DNA of 64,000 bases from Cyanobacteria bacterium P01_D01_bin.156 (GTDB lineage Bacteria > Cyanobacteriota > Cyanobacteriia > Phormidesmidales > Phormidesmidaceae), in the NCBI GenBank assembly GCA_039024555.1, contig JBCCQQ010000004.1, positions 32,001-96,000 on the forward strand, read 5' to 3'. The notes under the pieces are model-generated. The model was not told the origin of the DNA, made no database searches, and saw only the letters and a list, made by a program, of their open reading frames with translations. A program made the translations under genes and the position numbers. Of this stretch, positions 39,119-49,648 are shown piece after piece; within the stretch, counting starts at the first letter, position 1, and the number at the start of each line of letters is the position of its first letter.

Positions 39119-40843
39119 CTAAGCCCCGGCGGCAATCTGATTACGTCCCTTATTTTTAGCCTGATACAAGGCCTTATCAGCTTGTTCAACCAGAGACTTA
39201 GATGTCGCCTCCCGAAGACTTTTGGGGGCAATGACACCGAAGCTTAAAGTGACATAATCACTGACATCAGAAGCTACATGAGGAATTTTCAACTTAGCGA
39301 CCTGCCGCTGAATATTACCTAGCACCTCAAAAGCAACAGGAAGTTCTGTATTTGGCAAAACGATGACAAACTCTTCTCCACCGTAGCGAGCAACAAAATC
39401 ACTATGGCGTACACCCTGCTGAAGCGTTTTAGCCACGGAGATTAAACACCTATCGCCTTCCTGATGTCCGTAAGTATCGTTATAGCGTTTGAAATAATCT
39501 ACATCACACAAAACCAGAGCAAGACTCGTCTGTTGCTGAATACAGCGCTGAAGATAGGTATCAAAGGAACGGCGGTTAGCAATGCGGGTTAAGCCATCCA
39601 GAGATGCCAACCCCTGTAGTTGATGGTTTTGACGTAGCAGCAATACGGTCGATGCCAGGGAGATCGACAGTAGTGGGGCTGCAATGGGTAACCATAAGCC
39701 AGCCACAAAAAAAGCATAGACAATAGCTATTAGCCCAGACCCAACGCATGGGATCACTAATAGTAAGGAAAACAAATTTTTGTTCTTATAGACCCCATTG
39801 TGGTCCAGCACTTTATTCACTAACAACGCAGCTAAGCTAGTGGATAAAAGCAACCACCCTGTTTTTATCCAAGGTGAGGCACCATGCAATGGCTGACGTT
39901 CACCCAAGGCACCACCAATCAATTGACTGGCAATATGAGCGTGGATAAATACTCCCGGTAGTCGTTCATCCCAACTCATAGGAGTGTAGAGCAAGTCGTT
40001 AAGGCTAACGGCTGTAGCACCAACTAGAATGATGCGATCGTAAATTTTGTCATAAGATATCTCACCATTGAGTACATCAGAAAATGAAACAGATTCAAAA
40101 AATGTGCGCCCTGCTGGGTAATCAATTAAAATTTGAGTACTATGAGCATCAGCCTTTGCATAGCCACCATCACTAGGGAAAAATCGTCGAAATACGGTGG
40201 CGCCCAGTTGTAAATGAGCTTCATCCAATACTTTTGGAGTTATTTTCTCTTTTTCTAAATAACGTAAAGCTAGCTTAGTACCTAAGCCATATTTACGCTG
40301 CTGATGTTCCTCAGTCTCACATAGTTGTTGTTCTTGGTTACATTGAATAGCCAGTAAGCCTCGGCGAATACGGCCATCCTTATCTGCCACCAGATCGGCT
40401 ATGGCTACCTGGTCATCTCGATCAAGACCAGAGACTGGGGGAACAGCTTCCCCGATAACTTTTTCTACCCCAATCACATTGGAAAAAGTATTAAAAGCAA
40501 TTAGGAGATCATCACGTCCATCACCAACAGGTAAATCACGATAAATATCTATGCCGATTAGCCTAGGGCTGTGCCGCTGTAGCTGCTCTAACAAGCTGGC
40601 CATCTTACTATCAGAAATAGGCCACTCCCCTATTTGTCTGAGATCTTCTTCACCGAGAGTAACAATTAAAAATCGGGAGTCGATCTGATCGGTAGATTTC
40701 CACCGGAGAAAACGATCAAAGGCAAACCATTCTAGGGATTGTAAAATACCTAAGGCACTAATAGAGATTACCAGTGCGGAAATTCCCCATGAAACAGCTA
40801 AAATCCCTCCTAGTTGACGAATTCGCCATCTCAATTGCAACAT
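39119..40843 (-). CDS. CHASE2-domain diguanylate cyclase
   Basis: CHASE2 motifs (WPISD, IGIDIYRD, DKDGRIRR, PGVFIHA) and 3 TM helices. GGDEF domain with RHSD I-site and GGEEF. Confidence 0.92.
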   Translation of the reverse strand: MLQLRWRIRQLGGILAVSWGISALVISISALGILQSLEWFAFDRFLRWKSTDQIDSRFLIVTLGEEDLRQIGEWPISDSKMASLLEQLQRHSPRLIGIDIYRDLPVGDGRDDLLIAFNTFSNVIGVEKVIGEAVPPVSGLDRDDQVAIADLVADKDGRIRRGLLAIQCNQEQQLCETEEHQQRKYGLGTKLALRYLEKEKITPKVLDEAHLQLGATVFRRFFPSDGGYAKADAHSTQILIDYPAGRTFFESVSFSDVLNGEISYDKIYDRIILVGATAVSLNDLLYTPMSWDERLPGVFIHAHIASQLIGGALGERQPLHGASPWIKTGWLLLSTSLAALLVNKVLDHNGVYKNKNLFSLLLVIPCVGSGLIAIVYAFFVAGLWLPIAAPLLSISLASTVLLLRQNHQLQGLASLDGLTRIANRRSFDTYLQRCIQQQTSLALVLCDVDYFKRYNDTYGHQEGDRCLISVAKTLQQGVRHSDFVARYGGEEFVIVLPNTELPVAFEVLGNIQRQVAKLKIPHVASDVSDYVTLSFGVIAPKSLREATSKSLVEQADKALYQAKNKGRNQIAAGA

Positions 40844-40905
40844 GCTTTGGTTCCGATGCCCGAGAGTCTCTCTTATGCTTCCCGTTTAGTTAATGAAGGT
40901 AATGC

Positions 40906-41631
40906 TTATTTGAGAATGGGATTATTAGCTACTTCAGTCAACTCAGTACCTTCTAAAACGTCTTGCCAGGCACTATTTACAGCCTGATCGGTAGGATTCT
41001 GAATGCGTAAATCTGCCAGTAGAGAAATCATGTCATACCAGAGATGGGCCTGACGATACTCCGTAGCTTGTTCGAGGCTGGATTGAGTATTATCAATGTT
41101 AGCTATTGACTGCATCTGAATCCAGCCCTGTAGTGATGGGCTATCGGGTCTCAGGCGTTCATTACACATGAGAATAAGCGACCACTGATAGAGTTCATTT
41201 TCAGCCAGTGCAGGTGCTTCCGCAGGAAGTTGAATACTTACGATCCCGGGAGTACGAGGAAGTTCAATGTAAGTTTCATAGTAGTAATCATTATCGGACT
41301 GAATACTAAACAAAGCTTGGCTAGGAATATCTACAGATGTAGCCACCAAAACCTCAGGATGAGATTTACTGGTCATCCCATACTGAGACGCAGGCATCAG
41401 AGCAGTTAGCTGATCAGCAGAACAACTCCCCCGAGAAGCCCCGCTAACAGTTCCTGCAGGGGCCTGATCATCATCATCAGGCCAAAATGACCAATCACTG
41501 CTGGGAAGAGCATTTACTGCTCCTGCATTTTTGATAACCTCTGCTGCTGCAGGCCCCTGTATGCATAGGCCGACTGCTGTTAATGCCAATACACAGAGGA
41601 TTTTGTAGCGTTGCACCATAAGTCCAGTCAT
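40906..41631 (-). CDS. DUF928 domain protein (exported)
   Basis: Signal peptide; PAGTVSGASRGSC, LTALMP...GMT.KSHP, YQWSLILMC, GWIQ and LWYD. Confidence 0.88.
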   Translation of the reverse strand: MTGLMVQRYKILCVLALTAVGLCIQGPAAAEVIKNAGAVNALPSSDWSFWPDDDDQAPAGTVSGASRGSCSADQLTALMPASQYGMTSKSHPEVLVATSVDIPSQALFSIQSDNDYYYETYIELPRTPGIVSIQLPAEAPALAENELYQWSLILMCNERLRPDSPSLQGWIQMQSIANIDNTQSSLEQATEYRQAHLWYDMISLLADLRIQNPTDQAVNSAWQDVLEGTELTEVANNPILK

Positions 41632-41806
41632 GTTTTCCTTTGAAGAACGTGAGTGTCGCTGAACAACACTCGTGTTGTAGTTGTTTATACCAAGCTAACA
41701 AACTCAATCCAATTTTCTTTAGGTGTTCTCTCGGAAAAGCATGTGAGGATTATGTGTTGCTCTACCTATCTTCATCTATTGAGTTGAGTATTTTTACGGG
41801 CACAGC

Positions 41807-44380
41807 TTAAGCTAACCAATTACCAATGAGAACAAATGATGCCCAATAAAACGGATGACTATATTTTTTGTTATCAATCAACGAGATTTGAGCCTGACGT
41901 AAAGCTTCTGCCTTTGTAGTTGATGGGCTGACTTCACCTAAAGCTTTGTAAAAGGCATTAATCAGTTCCACAGTCGATTCATCATTAACTGACCACAGCG
42001 TAGCTAGCGTACTACGTGCTCCTGATTTAATAGCCATCCCCGCTAGGCCTAAGGTGGCCCGATCATCTCCCTCAGCGGTTTGACAAGCACTTAAAACCAT
42101 GAGTTCAATCGGATTTTGGGTCTGAATACGCCGGTTTTTTAGTAGTCTATCGAAATCCGTTAGGGAGATGGTTTGGTCCCAAGCTAGCAGAAACGTGTTG
42201 GCCAAGTTAGAGCTAAATTGGCCATGGGTAGCCAGATGCAGAATTGGATAGGGACTGGCTTGGATCTGATCCTCAAAAGCTTTTTTAGTAAAGTCTCTAT
42301 CCAAATAGATTTGGGACTGATTTAGTTTGGATGAGATCTTACTGATTTCTTCCTTAACTCCTGGCAAAGGGGAAAAGCCTTGACGTGATTCACTCAGACC
42401 CAAAATAAGTGCTTCCAAAGGTTTTGGTTTATCAAAGTGGGGACCCATTAAATCTAGCCCCGGCGTTAAAGCGATGCCATAGGTTTCTATCAGATACTGT
42501 TCCCCATCATGTAGAGCCGCCATAGGTATATTGCGCAGCTTTCCATCGAGTACAAAGACTAGAGTCTTAATATCTTGCTGTGTTAACTGATCTGCCGCTG
42601 GTCGAATTAACCAATCATAAAGTTGTTTAGAAAATTGTAAGCGACGACGATCGGGCAGAGCCGGATTAAATGCAACAAAAAATTGGTCCAGAGTTTTATC
42701 GAGCTCAGCCTGGGACAATCGAGTCTGATAGTGGCTCAGAGGTTGACCAGGTAGAGCAAGGATAACTTCTAGACGATCCGGCAGAATGATTGGATAGATA
42801 ACGGCAGCCTGGGGGTCAAGCTGATCAATCTGTTTGGACTGGCTATCAATGCAGGCAGAGCGAAAATAGTTTTCGAGTTCAACAAGCTGCAAATCTTCGA
42901 TCAAATTACGAGCTTGTTTCAAGGCATTTTGATCACCATTGCCAGGTTTGAGTAACAGACTCACTAGCTCACGATAGAGGGGTTCAACTTCATCGCGAAC
43001 ACTGAATTGAAGCTCAGAGTTCGTGGCTAATAGATCAGCCCTCACAGAGGATAAGGTATCAATCGCTTCTGTATAGGTCGAGATTGCACGCTGTTCCTTA
43101 TTTTGCTGGTGATAAACTTTCCCAAGCTGCCACTGCCAGCGGTAGCCAATATCTTTGGCATGGCTGGTCTTAGCCAACCGCATGGCCTTTTGAGTCACCT
43201 GGCGGGCGTTTTCCCATTGCTGTGTAGTAATGTACAACTGCCCCAACTCTCCTAGCGCTAAGGATTCAGCCCGAGCATCATTGAGCTGTTGGGCTTGGTG
43301 GGCACCATCAGCCAGCAACTTTGCCAAATGATGCATGGGAACAGCAGGTATGTCGCTTGGTTTTACATTATTGAACTTACGGACACTCTCAACAAAGTTC
43401 ACTCGCTGATAGATACTAGACCGACTAGGCTGCAACTGAGGCAGTTGCTGACTCAACGCATCCATCAAAGATTGAGCTGCAGACCAATCATTGAGTTCTA
43501 CTAATAAGCTCAACAAATTCAGCTGAGCCGTCATGTGGTCGGCGGTGTTATCCGCCATAGGCATTAGCTGCTCATAAATATCGAGCGCTTCCCCCAACTG
43601 ATTTTGGGTTCTCAAGGTATTGGCAAGCGCCAGTAGCGTTTTAACGGTTTCCCCAGGCTGAGCTAACGTTTGAGTAATCGTTAGACTCTGTTCTAGGAGT
43701 TCCTGAGATTGCTCTAAACTGCCAGTTACCTGCAGTACACTGCCCAGACTACGTAAAGCAGTTGCTTTAAGGACAGAATCAGGCTGACTCTCAACAGAGA
43801 CCACTAGCTCATCTAAAAGGGTTTTAGCCCGACGATAGAACCCCAATGTTTGCATCGCTTGGGCTTGATTTAAGCGACTGCCCAGTTCACCTACAGGGTC
43901 ATCAATTTGCTCATAGACAGAAGTTGCTTCTTGCCAAGTGGCTAGGGCAGCTTCCGGTTGCCCTAGAGCTAGCTGAATACTCCCGTAGGTATTCAGTACC
44001 TGGGCCGTTACTTGGAGCGGCGTTTCAACATCTTGAATTAGCTGCAAACTCTGTTGAATGGTTTGTTCAGCCTTTTGCCATTGCCCTAGTTCCTGATAAG
44101 ACAGGGCTAAATAGCTTAAACTCAGAGCTGTTTCAGTAGATTTATGCTGTTGTCCATAGAGCTGCGTAGCCTGCTGCCAGCGGTGAGTCGCTCGCTGGGA
44201 ATGGCCCACTTCATAGGCTTGATAAGCTTCACCCCAGGATTTATCGGATGATTGCTGAATAGCAAAGCTGGGTCCAGTCGTAATCAACAAACAAATCATC
44301 AGGGAACATATACCCCATTTGAAATGCTGCCGTTTAGTGAGTTTATGTTGTACTTGCCGTAGCCACCGTCGCACCATCAT
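41807..44380 (-). CDS. TPR + CHAT (caspase/HetF-associated) protease, exported
   Basis: Signal peptide and TPR array; catalytic LHLATHG and LSACQTA; HPFYWASFVLIGNW. Confidence 0.93.
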   Translation of the reverse strand: MMVRRWLRQVQHKLTKRQHFKWGICSLMICLLITTGPSFAIQQSSDKSWGEAYQAYEVGHSQRATHRWQQATQLYGQQHKSTETALSLSYLALSYQELGQWQKAEQTIQQSLQLIQDVETPLQVTAQVLNTYGSIQLALGQPEAALATWQEATSVYEQIDDPVGELGSRLNQAQAMQTLGFYRRAKTLLDELVVSVESQPDSVLKATALRSLGSVLQVTGSLEQSQELLEQSLTITQTLAQPGETVKTLLALANTLRTQNQLGEALDIYEQLMPMADNTADHMTAQLNLLSLLVELNDWSAAQSLMDALSQQLPQLQPSRSSIYQRVNFVESVRKFNNVKPSDIPAVPMHHLAKLLADGAHQAQQLNDARAESLALGELGQLYITTQQWENARQVTQKAMRLAKTSHAKDIGYRWQWQLGKVYHQQNKEQRAISTYTEAIDTLSSVRADLLATNSELQFSVRDEVEPLYRELVSLLLKPGNGDQNALKQARNLIEDLQLVELENYFRSACIDSQSKQIDQLDPQAAVIYPIILPDRLEVILALPGQPLSHYQTRLSQAELDKTLDQFFVAFNPALPDRRRLQFSKQLYDWLIRPAADQLTQQDIKTLVFVLDGKLRNIPMAALHDGEQYLIETYGIALTPGLDLMGPHFDKPKPLEALILGLSESRQGFSPLPGVKEEISKISSKLNQSQIYLDRDFTKKAFEDQIQASPYPILHLATHGQFSSNLANTFLLAWDQTISLTDFDRLLKNRRIQTQNPIELMVLSACQTAEGDDRATLGLAGMAIKSGARSTLATLWSVNDESTVELINAFYKALGEVSPSTTKAEALRQAQISLIDNKKYSHPFYWASFVLIGNWLA

Positions 44381-44555
44381 TACTAGATAAATCCACCAGG
44401 TTCAGTTAATAGAATGCCCATTCACTAGATGAGAGTCCCATAAACCTATTCCGTTGCTGATTTGGTGGATGACTCGATCGAGCAATGCTGCACAGCAGCT
44501 CCGGATAACTCCCATTCGACGAGCAACCACATCACATTTAGTAGGCCGTGGGATT

Positions 44556-44605
44556 AATAGATAAAAAAGGGGGCTGCCCAGGAGGCAGTCCCTTTTTTAT
44601 CTATT
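44556..44605. terminator. Long bidirectional-type terminator hairpin
   Basis: AATAGATAAAAAAGGGGGCTGCC-cagga-GGCAGTCCCTTTTTTATCTATT. Confidence 0.85.
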
Positions 44606-44662
44606 TGAAACCGTAAAATCCGACAACGCTGTAAATTAACTACGGCACGCATAGTAAGTCTA

Positions 44663-45190
44663 CTAGACTGCAGCTGGTACCAATGTACTCAGCTTCGCCT
44701 CAGATAGAGGTTTCTGCATAGCAGGCTGATATCTCTCATACCAGTCATCACTGCCTGGCCTTGGCAACAGCTGCAGCTGCGATAAGGCACAGTTAATTTG
44801 ATAGATATAGTATTGCTGCTGCTCCAGAACAACAGAATCGCTATCTGCGTCAGCTAGTGCATCCTTAGGTAAAGTCAATAACCAATTATGGATGCGACGT
44901 ATATTTGTTCTAGCGTCTCCTAAACTATGGATAAATGGTGTAAACGTAGGTGCACAATCAGCTTGGGCATCCGTCAACCATTCTGCCGTTTCAAGACTAG
45001 GAAGATTTAACAGCAACTGATGTAGCGCTCTCAGTTCCGATAAATAATTATTCCAGGAAGCCAGTTCGTGATTAGACCGACGCTGGTTGTATTCCAAGTC
45101 ATACAGATGAGATTTAACTGATGCAAGAGCATCACTAACGGCATAGCGAACAGCTCGGTCAAGTGGTAGTCGCGAAGGGGATGCTGCCAT
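44663..45190 (-). CDS. Hypothetical helical protein with an apparent internal duplication
   Basis: 175-aa ORF with AGAGG upstream of the ATG and a terminator downstream. Confidence 0.7.
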   Translation of the reverse strand: MAASPSRLPLDRAVRYAVSDALASVKSHLYDLEYNQRRSNHELASWNNYLSELRALHQLLLNLPSLETAEWLTDAQADCAPTFTPFIHSLGDARTNIRRIHNWLLTLPKDALADADSDSVVLEQQQYYIYQINCALSQLQLLPRPGSDDWYERYQPAMQKPLSEAKLSTLVPAAV

Positions 45191-45653
45191 GGTTTAAGCC
45201 TCTATATAGCGTTGTTATTTTTTGCATTGCTGTACCACAAACTGACTCCTCTAACGGAGAAATAAGTTCGTACAAATAAAGTTTTTTTCAAACCTGAACG
45301 CGCCCGAAATCATTAGATAATGCTATTGATTAACGAGAACTAACTTGAAGCTGGCACTCAACTTAATGTTCAGAGTACCCAACCCAAGAAGGCTTTTTTC
45401 ACTGTAGAAATTACTATCGCTGATGGAAACAATGACGTTTTCTGAAAAACTGGCTAAGAGGCCAAATTCATAGAACACAACAGTGCTAGCAGCAGCAGCG
45501 CTTGAACACCTTAGTAAAATGCTTTAGCAAAAAACTACGTTGTTTTTATTTTAGCCACTATGTGATCGAGTTTGGTAGCTCAATTCTGAGAAAATGTTGA
45601 AAAAGTAACATTGTTATCCATTGTTCTTCCTCGAGGGTATGGATATGGTTTTT

Positions 45654-46613
45654 CTAAGCTAAATACCCCCGTGTAGCAAAGGGAATTTCAACGACTTGTG
45701 CATTAGTGTCTCCTGCTGTAAACAGCATGCCTGAACCACCAGCTTTAGTACGCAAATATCCTAATGCCCATACACCGCTATCATCGGTAATCACACTGGT
45801 GAGTTTGCCTACTTTTGCAGCATCTAACGTTAGGGCTGTATCGGGCGGGACAACGTCAGATAATTTAAAGCCCCAAAGTTGTTTTTTTACTCCCTGATAG
45901 GTGTTGAGTCGAGCAATGGTTTCCTGCCCTATATAGCAACCTTTCTCGAAGGAAACTGTATGCCAAAGCCCTGCTTCTAGGGGATTATCGTCTTGGGTAA
46001 GTTCCTTTCCAGGCATCGGACGCCCTTGACGAATACGGAAGACTTCCCACTGCTGAGCAGTCATAGGAGCTACTCCCTGCTCGCTCAGCAATTGATATAT
46101 AACAGAGCCTTGCTCTCGGGGACCGATCAGGGTGTAACCGGGGATAGCTAATCCTGTTCCCCGAGCAACTGTCAGTGGGGTATCTGCGGTCAGTCCTGCC
46201 CCCCCATAAATATGACTACCAGGAGCTGGATTAGGAATAGGCAAGCCCAACTGGGTTAACAGCGGGTCAGTAGTAGGTCCTAACAACGTGATAGCAAACG
46301 TAGTGGACGTCTCGTCACTGAGAGTTACCTGATCTGCAAAGAAAATGTAACGATCCATCCAAGCGATTAGCTCAGTGGCCATTTCGGGAGAGACCATGAG
46401 CAAAACGCTATCATCCTGGACGTAGGCACTGACTAAATCGAGAGTACGAGCAGTTGAGGTAACAAATACGGTGTCACAGCCCTGACCGGGAGAGAGCTGC
46501 TCAAAGGCGTTGGTAGTTTGGTTATGAAGAAAACGCAGACGGTCCGCGCCAGTGATGCGAATTCGCCCCCAGTGGGAGCGATCAATCATTGTGGTACTAG
46601 AAACCTCGACCAT
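45654..46613 (-). CDS. YgfZ/GcvT-family folate-binding protein
   Basis: G.DRLRFLHNQTTN, NPLEAGL and the KGCYIGQE signature. Confidence 0.92.
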   Translation of the reverse strand: MVEVSSTTMIDRSHWGRIRITGADRLRFLHNQTTNAFEQLSPGQGCDTVFVTSTARTLDLVSAYVQDDSVLLMVSPEMATELIAWMDRYIFFADQVTLSDETSTTFAITLLGPTTDPLLTQLGLPIPNPAPGSHIYGGAGLTADTPLTVARGTGLAIPGYTLIGPREQGSVIYQLLSEQGVAPMTAQQWEVFRIRQGRPMPGKELTQDDNPLEAGLWHTVSFEKGCYIGQETIARLNTYQGVKKQLWGFKLSDVVPPDTALTLDAAKVGKLTSVITDDSGVWALGYLRTKAGGSGMLFTAGDTNAQVVEIPFATRGYLA

Positions 46614-46893
46614 GGCAGCGAACAAATATATGTGAATCTGGCATTGCTGATCTTTAGGATGATGTTATCTGTCAAGTCCAGGAAACTGGCAAGGGCTTGT
46701 TAAAAATTAGAACCATGGCCTTGTGCATTGAAATCATGGCTTAACAAGCTTTTCAGGCTTAAACCGTGAAGTCGTTTCTCAACAGATCCTAAGTTCTACA
46801 GATCGTTTCATCTCTTAAATCAGTAACGGTATGAGTCTTATACTTTAGAACTATTTGCCGTGAATTGGAGCGGCTGAACTAGGAATTTCGCAC

Positions 46894-47880
46894 CTACTTT
46901 TTTACAGCAGCAGCCCGTCGCTGATTGATTTGCTGAATAAAAAAGTCTTCAAGGGAGAGGCGGCTTAGGTCTAACTTAATCAGCCTGGCATCCATTAGGC
47001 GTATGCTGGCCATAAAGTCGTGAACATTGCCACTGAGATATCCTTGCCAATAGCCGCCTTCAAAGGTGAGATTTTGGAGCCATTTTTTGAGGACATCAAG
47101 GCTACCACCCTGCCCTTTAACGCTATAGGCGTTAGGTGATCCAAGTAGCTTAGTTAAGCTCCCCTGGCAAACTAAGTTGCCTTGGTCGAGGAGGGCAATG
47201 CGATCGCAAATCACCTCCACATCCGACAAAATATGACTATTGAAAAAGATCGTCTTACCTTGGTCTTTGAGAGACAAAATCACCTCTCTCACCTGATATC
47301 GCCCGGTTGGATCTAATCCCGACATCGGTTCATCCAAAAAGATGATGGCCGGATCGTTAATCAACGCTTGGGCCATACCAATACGCTGCAACATACCTTT
47401 AGAGTACTGTCGCAGTTGCTTTTTAATAGCCGCCTGCCGAGGCAGCCCAACCATATCCAACAACTCGGGAATTCGCTGCTTATATATAGAGGCAGGAATA
47501 TTAAAGAGCCCAGCGGAATAGGTGAGAAATTCCCACCCCGTTAGATAGTCATAGAAATAAGGATTTTCCGGCAAATAGCCTACCTGTTGCTTAATACCTT
47601 GGTCACCAGCGGGCTGATTGAGCAATTCAGCGGTGCCCGACGATGGACGAATAATACCTAATAAGATCTTAAGTAACGTAGTTTTGCCTGCACCATTAGG
47701 ACCCAGCAACCCAAAGGTTTCTCCCTGGTAAATCTCTAGGGAACAGTTTTGTAAAGACGCCACCTGTTGATTGAGCCAAAACCCAGTGCGGTACACCTTA
47801 GTCAAGTTGTCAGTTTTGACAATGACCGGACGATGAATAATGGCTGATGACTTAACATCCGTGGAAGCAGCAGTGTCCAT
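46894..47880 (-). CDS. ABC transporter ATP-binding protein (ABC-2 type)
   Basis: GPNGAGKTT, YSKGMLQRIG, LDEPMSGLDP and NSH. Confidence 0.92.
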   Translation of the reverse strand: MDTAASTDVKSSAIIHRPVIVKTDNLTKVYRTGFWLNQQVASLQNCSLEIYQGETFGLLGPNGAGKTTLLKILLGIIRPSSGTAELLNQPAGDQGIKQQVGYLPENPYFYDYLTGWEFLTYSAGLFNIPASIYKQRIPELLDMVGLPRQAAIKKQLRQYSKGMLQRIGMAQALINDPAIIFLDEPMSGLDPTGRYQVREVILSLKDQGKTIFFNSHILSDVEVICDRIALLDQGNLVCQGSLTKLLGSPNAYSVKGQGGSLDVLKKWLQNLTFEGGYWQGYLSGNVHDFMASIRLMDARLIKLDLSRLSLEDFFIQQINQRRAAAVKK

Positions 47881-48300
47881 AAACTCACAAAAGATAACGT
47901 TTGCCAGGTTGGCTAGGACAGTAGATAGTCTCTAAAGCGTTTACGTTGTACCCGTACCCCCTGACGTATGGCCAGTGAGCCGGACCGGTTCACCCTAGAG
48001 ATGCTCTAATCGGTATAGTTGAGAGAGGCAATTGCTTCTGAGTACCTTAGAGCCCATGGCAAACACCTCTAATTTAGAACTGTTTGCCCTCGGATTTTGG
48101 TTGGGTCTGGTTATTTAACCTACCCAGACCGTCAAATAGCGTATCAGAGCTTGTATGGCAATCTACTAAATGGATTCAGTAGATTGTATCGTCCTCAACA
48201 GTGGCCCCGTCTTTTTATGACAGTCCACTCATGGTGTGAACTATGGGCAATTGCCAAGGAGTCACCTGTTGCTCCAAAACGTTAGATTACCTCTTTAAAT

Positions 48301-48459
48301 ATGGATCGTTCAAAAATTGTTGCGATTATTACCGGTGCAATATCCTTGCTGCTCGCCGTAGCCTATTTATTGCTAGTTCAGCTGCTGGATTTTCGTGGGG
48401 AAATGGTCCCAGCTCCCCTTAGCAGTCTGACCTTTTTCAGCACGTTGGTTTTTAATTAG
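48301..48459 (+). CDS. Small single-TM protein (52 aa; not in ORF track)
   Basis: Translation: MDRSKIVAIITGAISLLLAVAYLLLVQLLDFRGEMVPAPLSSLTFFSTLVFN*. From memory it resembles a widespread cyanobacterial small protein; not searched. Confidence 0.75.
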   Translation: MDRSKIVAIITGAISLLLAVAYLLLVQLLDFRGEMVPAPLSSLTFFSTLVFN

Positions 48460-49405
48460 CATCCTGCAACCAAGCAGAAAGGTCCCGCTGAAGTAAGTCT
48501 TGCAGCTGCAAAATATCATCTCGATAGTACTGACGTAGCAGAATCATGTCCTCATCGGTGAATCTGGCCTGACTTTTGTCCTGGGAGTTGAGATTAATGA
48601 GCTTGGCTCGCAGCTGATGTCTTAAATCAGTAGGGACAATTTGCATCATGCCAGTGGCTATGTTGCGAATAGGATTCTGAGTTTTTAGCAACCGATTTAA
48701 TCGTCGGCTTTTTGGAACCTGGGCCGTTTGAGCCTGCTTAGACGTATTGGCAACAAAATCTGCACTTACACCAATGGATTGGTAAAGGGTTCGCATAAAG
48801 CCCCGGGCATCTTGACGCAGATCGTCGTAGAGAAAAACATCGACTTGGCTACGCCCAAATACCTCTATAAAGTGCTTGATCGGTGCGTAATATTTACCCT
48901 TCAACAGCACATAGGATGAATCGCCTCGACTGCGCACTTGCTCTGCCAGGGGTGTTTGCTTCCCAATGGCATCGCGCAAATTCATTAAATAGTCGGAACA
49001 CGCTCGCTGCACTGGATCACGCAAAATCGCGATGAGCTTAGCCTGGGGTAGCCGACGCTGAATTTGTTCAGCCGACGACCGATAGTGAAACATATAGTTA
49101 GGGGAGGCTTCTCCAAGGGCAATGTGCTGCTCATTCGCTTGATCAAACAGCTTCTGGTATTGCTGCCACGTGATGATGCCATTTTTTTTAACCCGCTGCA
49201 CCTTTTCAGGGGCCACTTCCCAGTCTCGTTCAAAGAAACCAGTTTCCTTCACCGGGCTCATGTAAACCTGGGGATGCTGTTTGAGATAGTTATATATAGA
49301 CGTGGTGCCTGCTTTTTGGACACCGATCATTAAAAATGTGGGTTGGCGCTGGGTGGCCTTCGACTGAATAGGAACAGAAACGCCCTGGGCATTATTGGCA
49401 GTCAT
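48452..49405 (-). CDS. Sulfotransferase (PAPS-dependent)
   Basis: 5'-PSB IGVQKAGTTS, GEASPNY and 3'-PB LRDPVQRACS. Confidence 0.9.
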   Translation of the reverse strand: MTANNAQGVSVPIQSKATQRQPTFLMIGVQKAGTTSIYNYLKQHPQVYMSPVKETGFFERDWEVAPEKVQRVKKNGIITWQQYQKLFDQANEQHIALGEASPNYMFHYRSSAEQIQRRLPQAKLIAILRDPVQRACSDYLMNLRDAIGKQTPLAEQVRSRGDSSYVLLKGKYYAPIKHFIEVFGRSQVDVFLYDDLRQDARGFMRTLYQSIGVSADFVANTSKQAQTAQVPKSRRLNRLLKTQNPIRNIATGMMQIVPTDLRHQLRAKLINLNSQDKSQARFTDEDMILLRQYYRDDILQLQDLLQRDLSAWLQDAN

Positions 49406-49648
49406 TGGTGTTTGTAGGCGACCTTGGATTGTTGGACTAGCGACACGCAGCTGAATCTAAGCCCCATCTATTAGAGGCTTTAGTACATCATAATTTGATG
49501 GATCGGACATCAAAGGAACGAATCCACGGGTATGTTTACGGTAAGTTCATATAGCAAACTGCTAGGCATTGAGTAATTTACTGCCCTCATAGCCGTTGTC
49601 ACTGAGCTTTCAGCAAGCACAGATGTTGTGAACGATGGGAACCCAGCA

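Noticed and set aside
48097..48285. 62-aa TTG-start ORF
   Set aside because: Weak start, no RBS and no features; it more likely covers the promoter region of the 52-aa gene at 48301.
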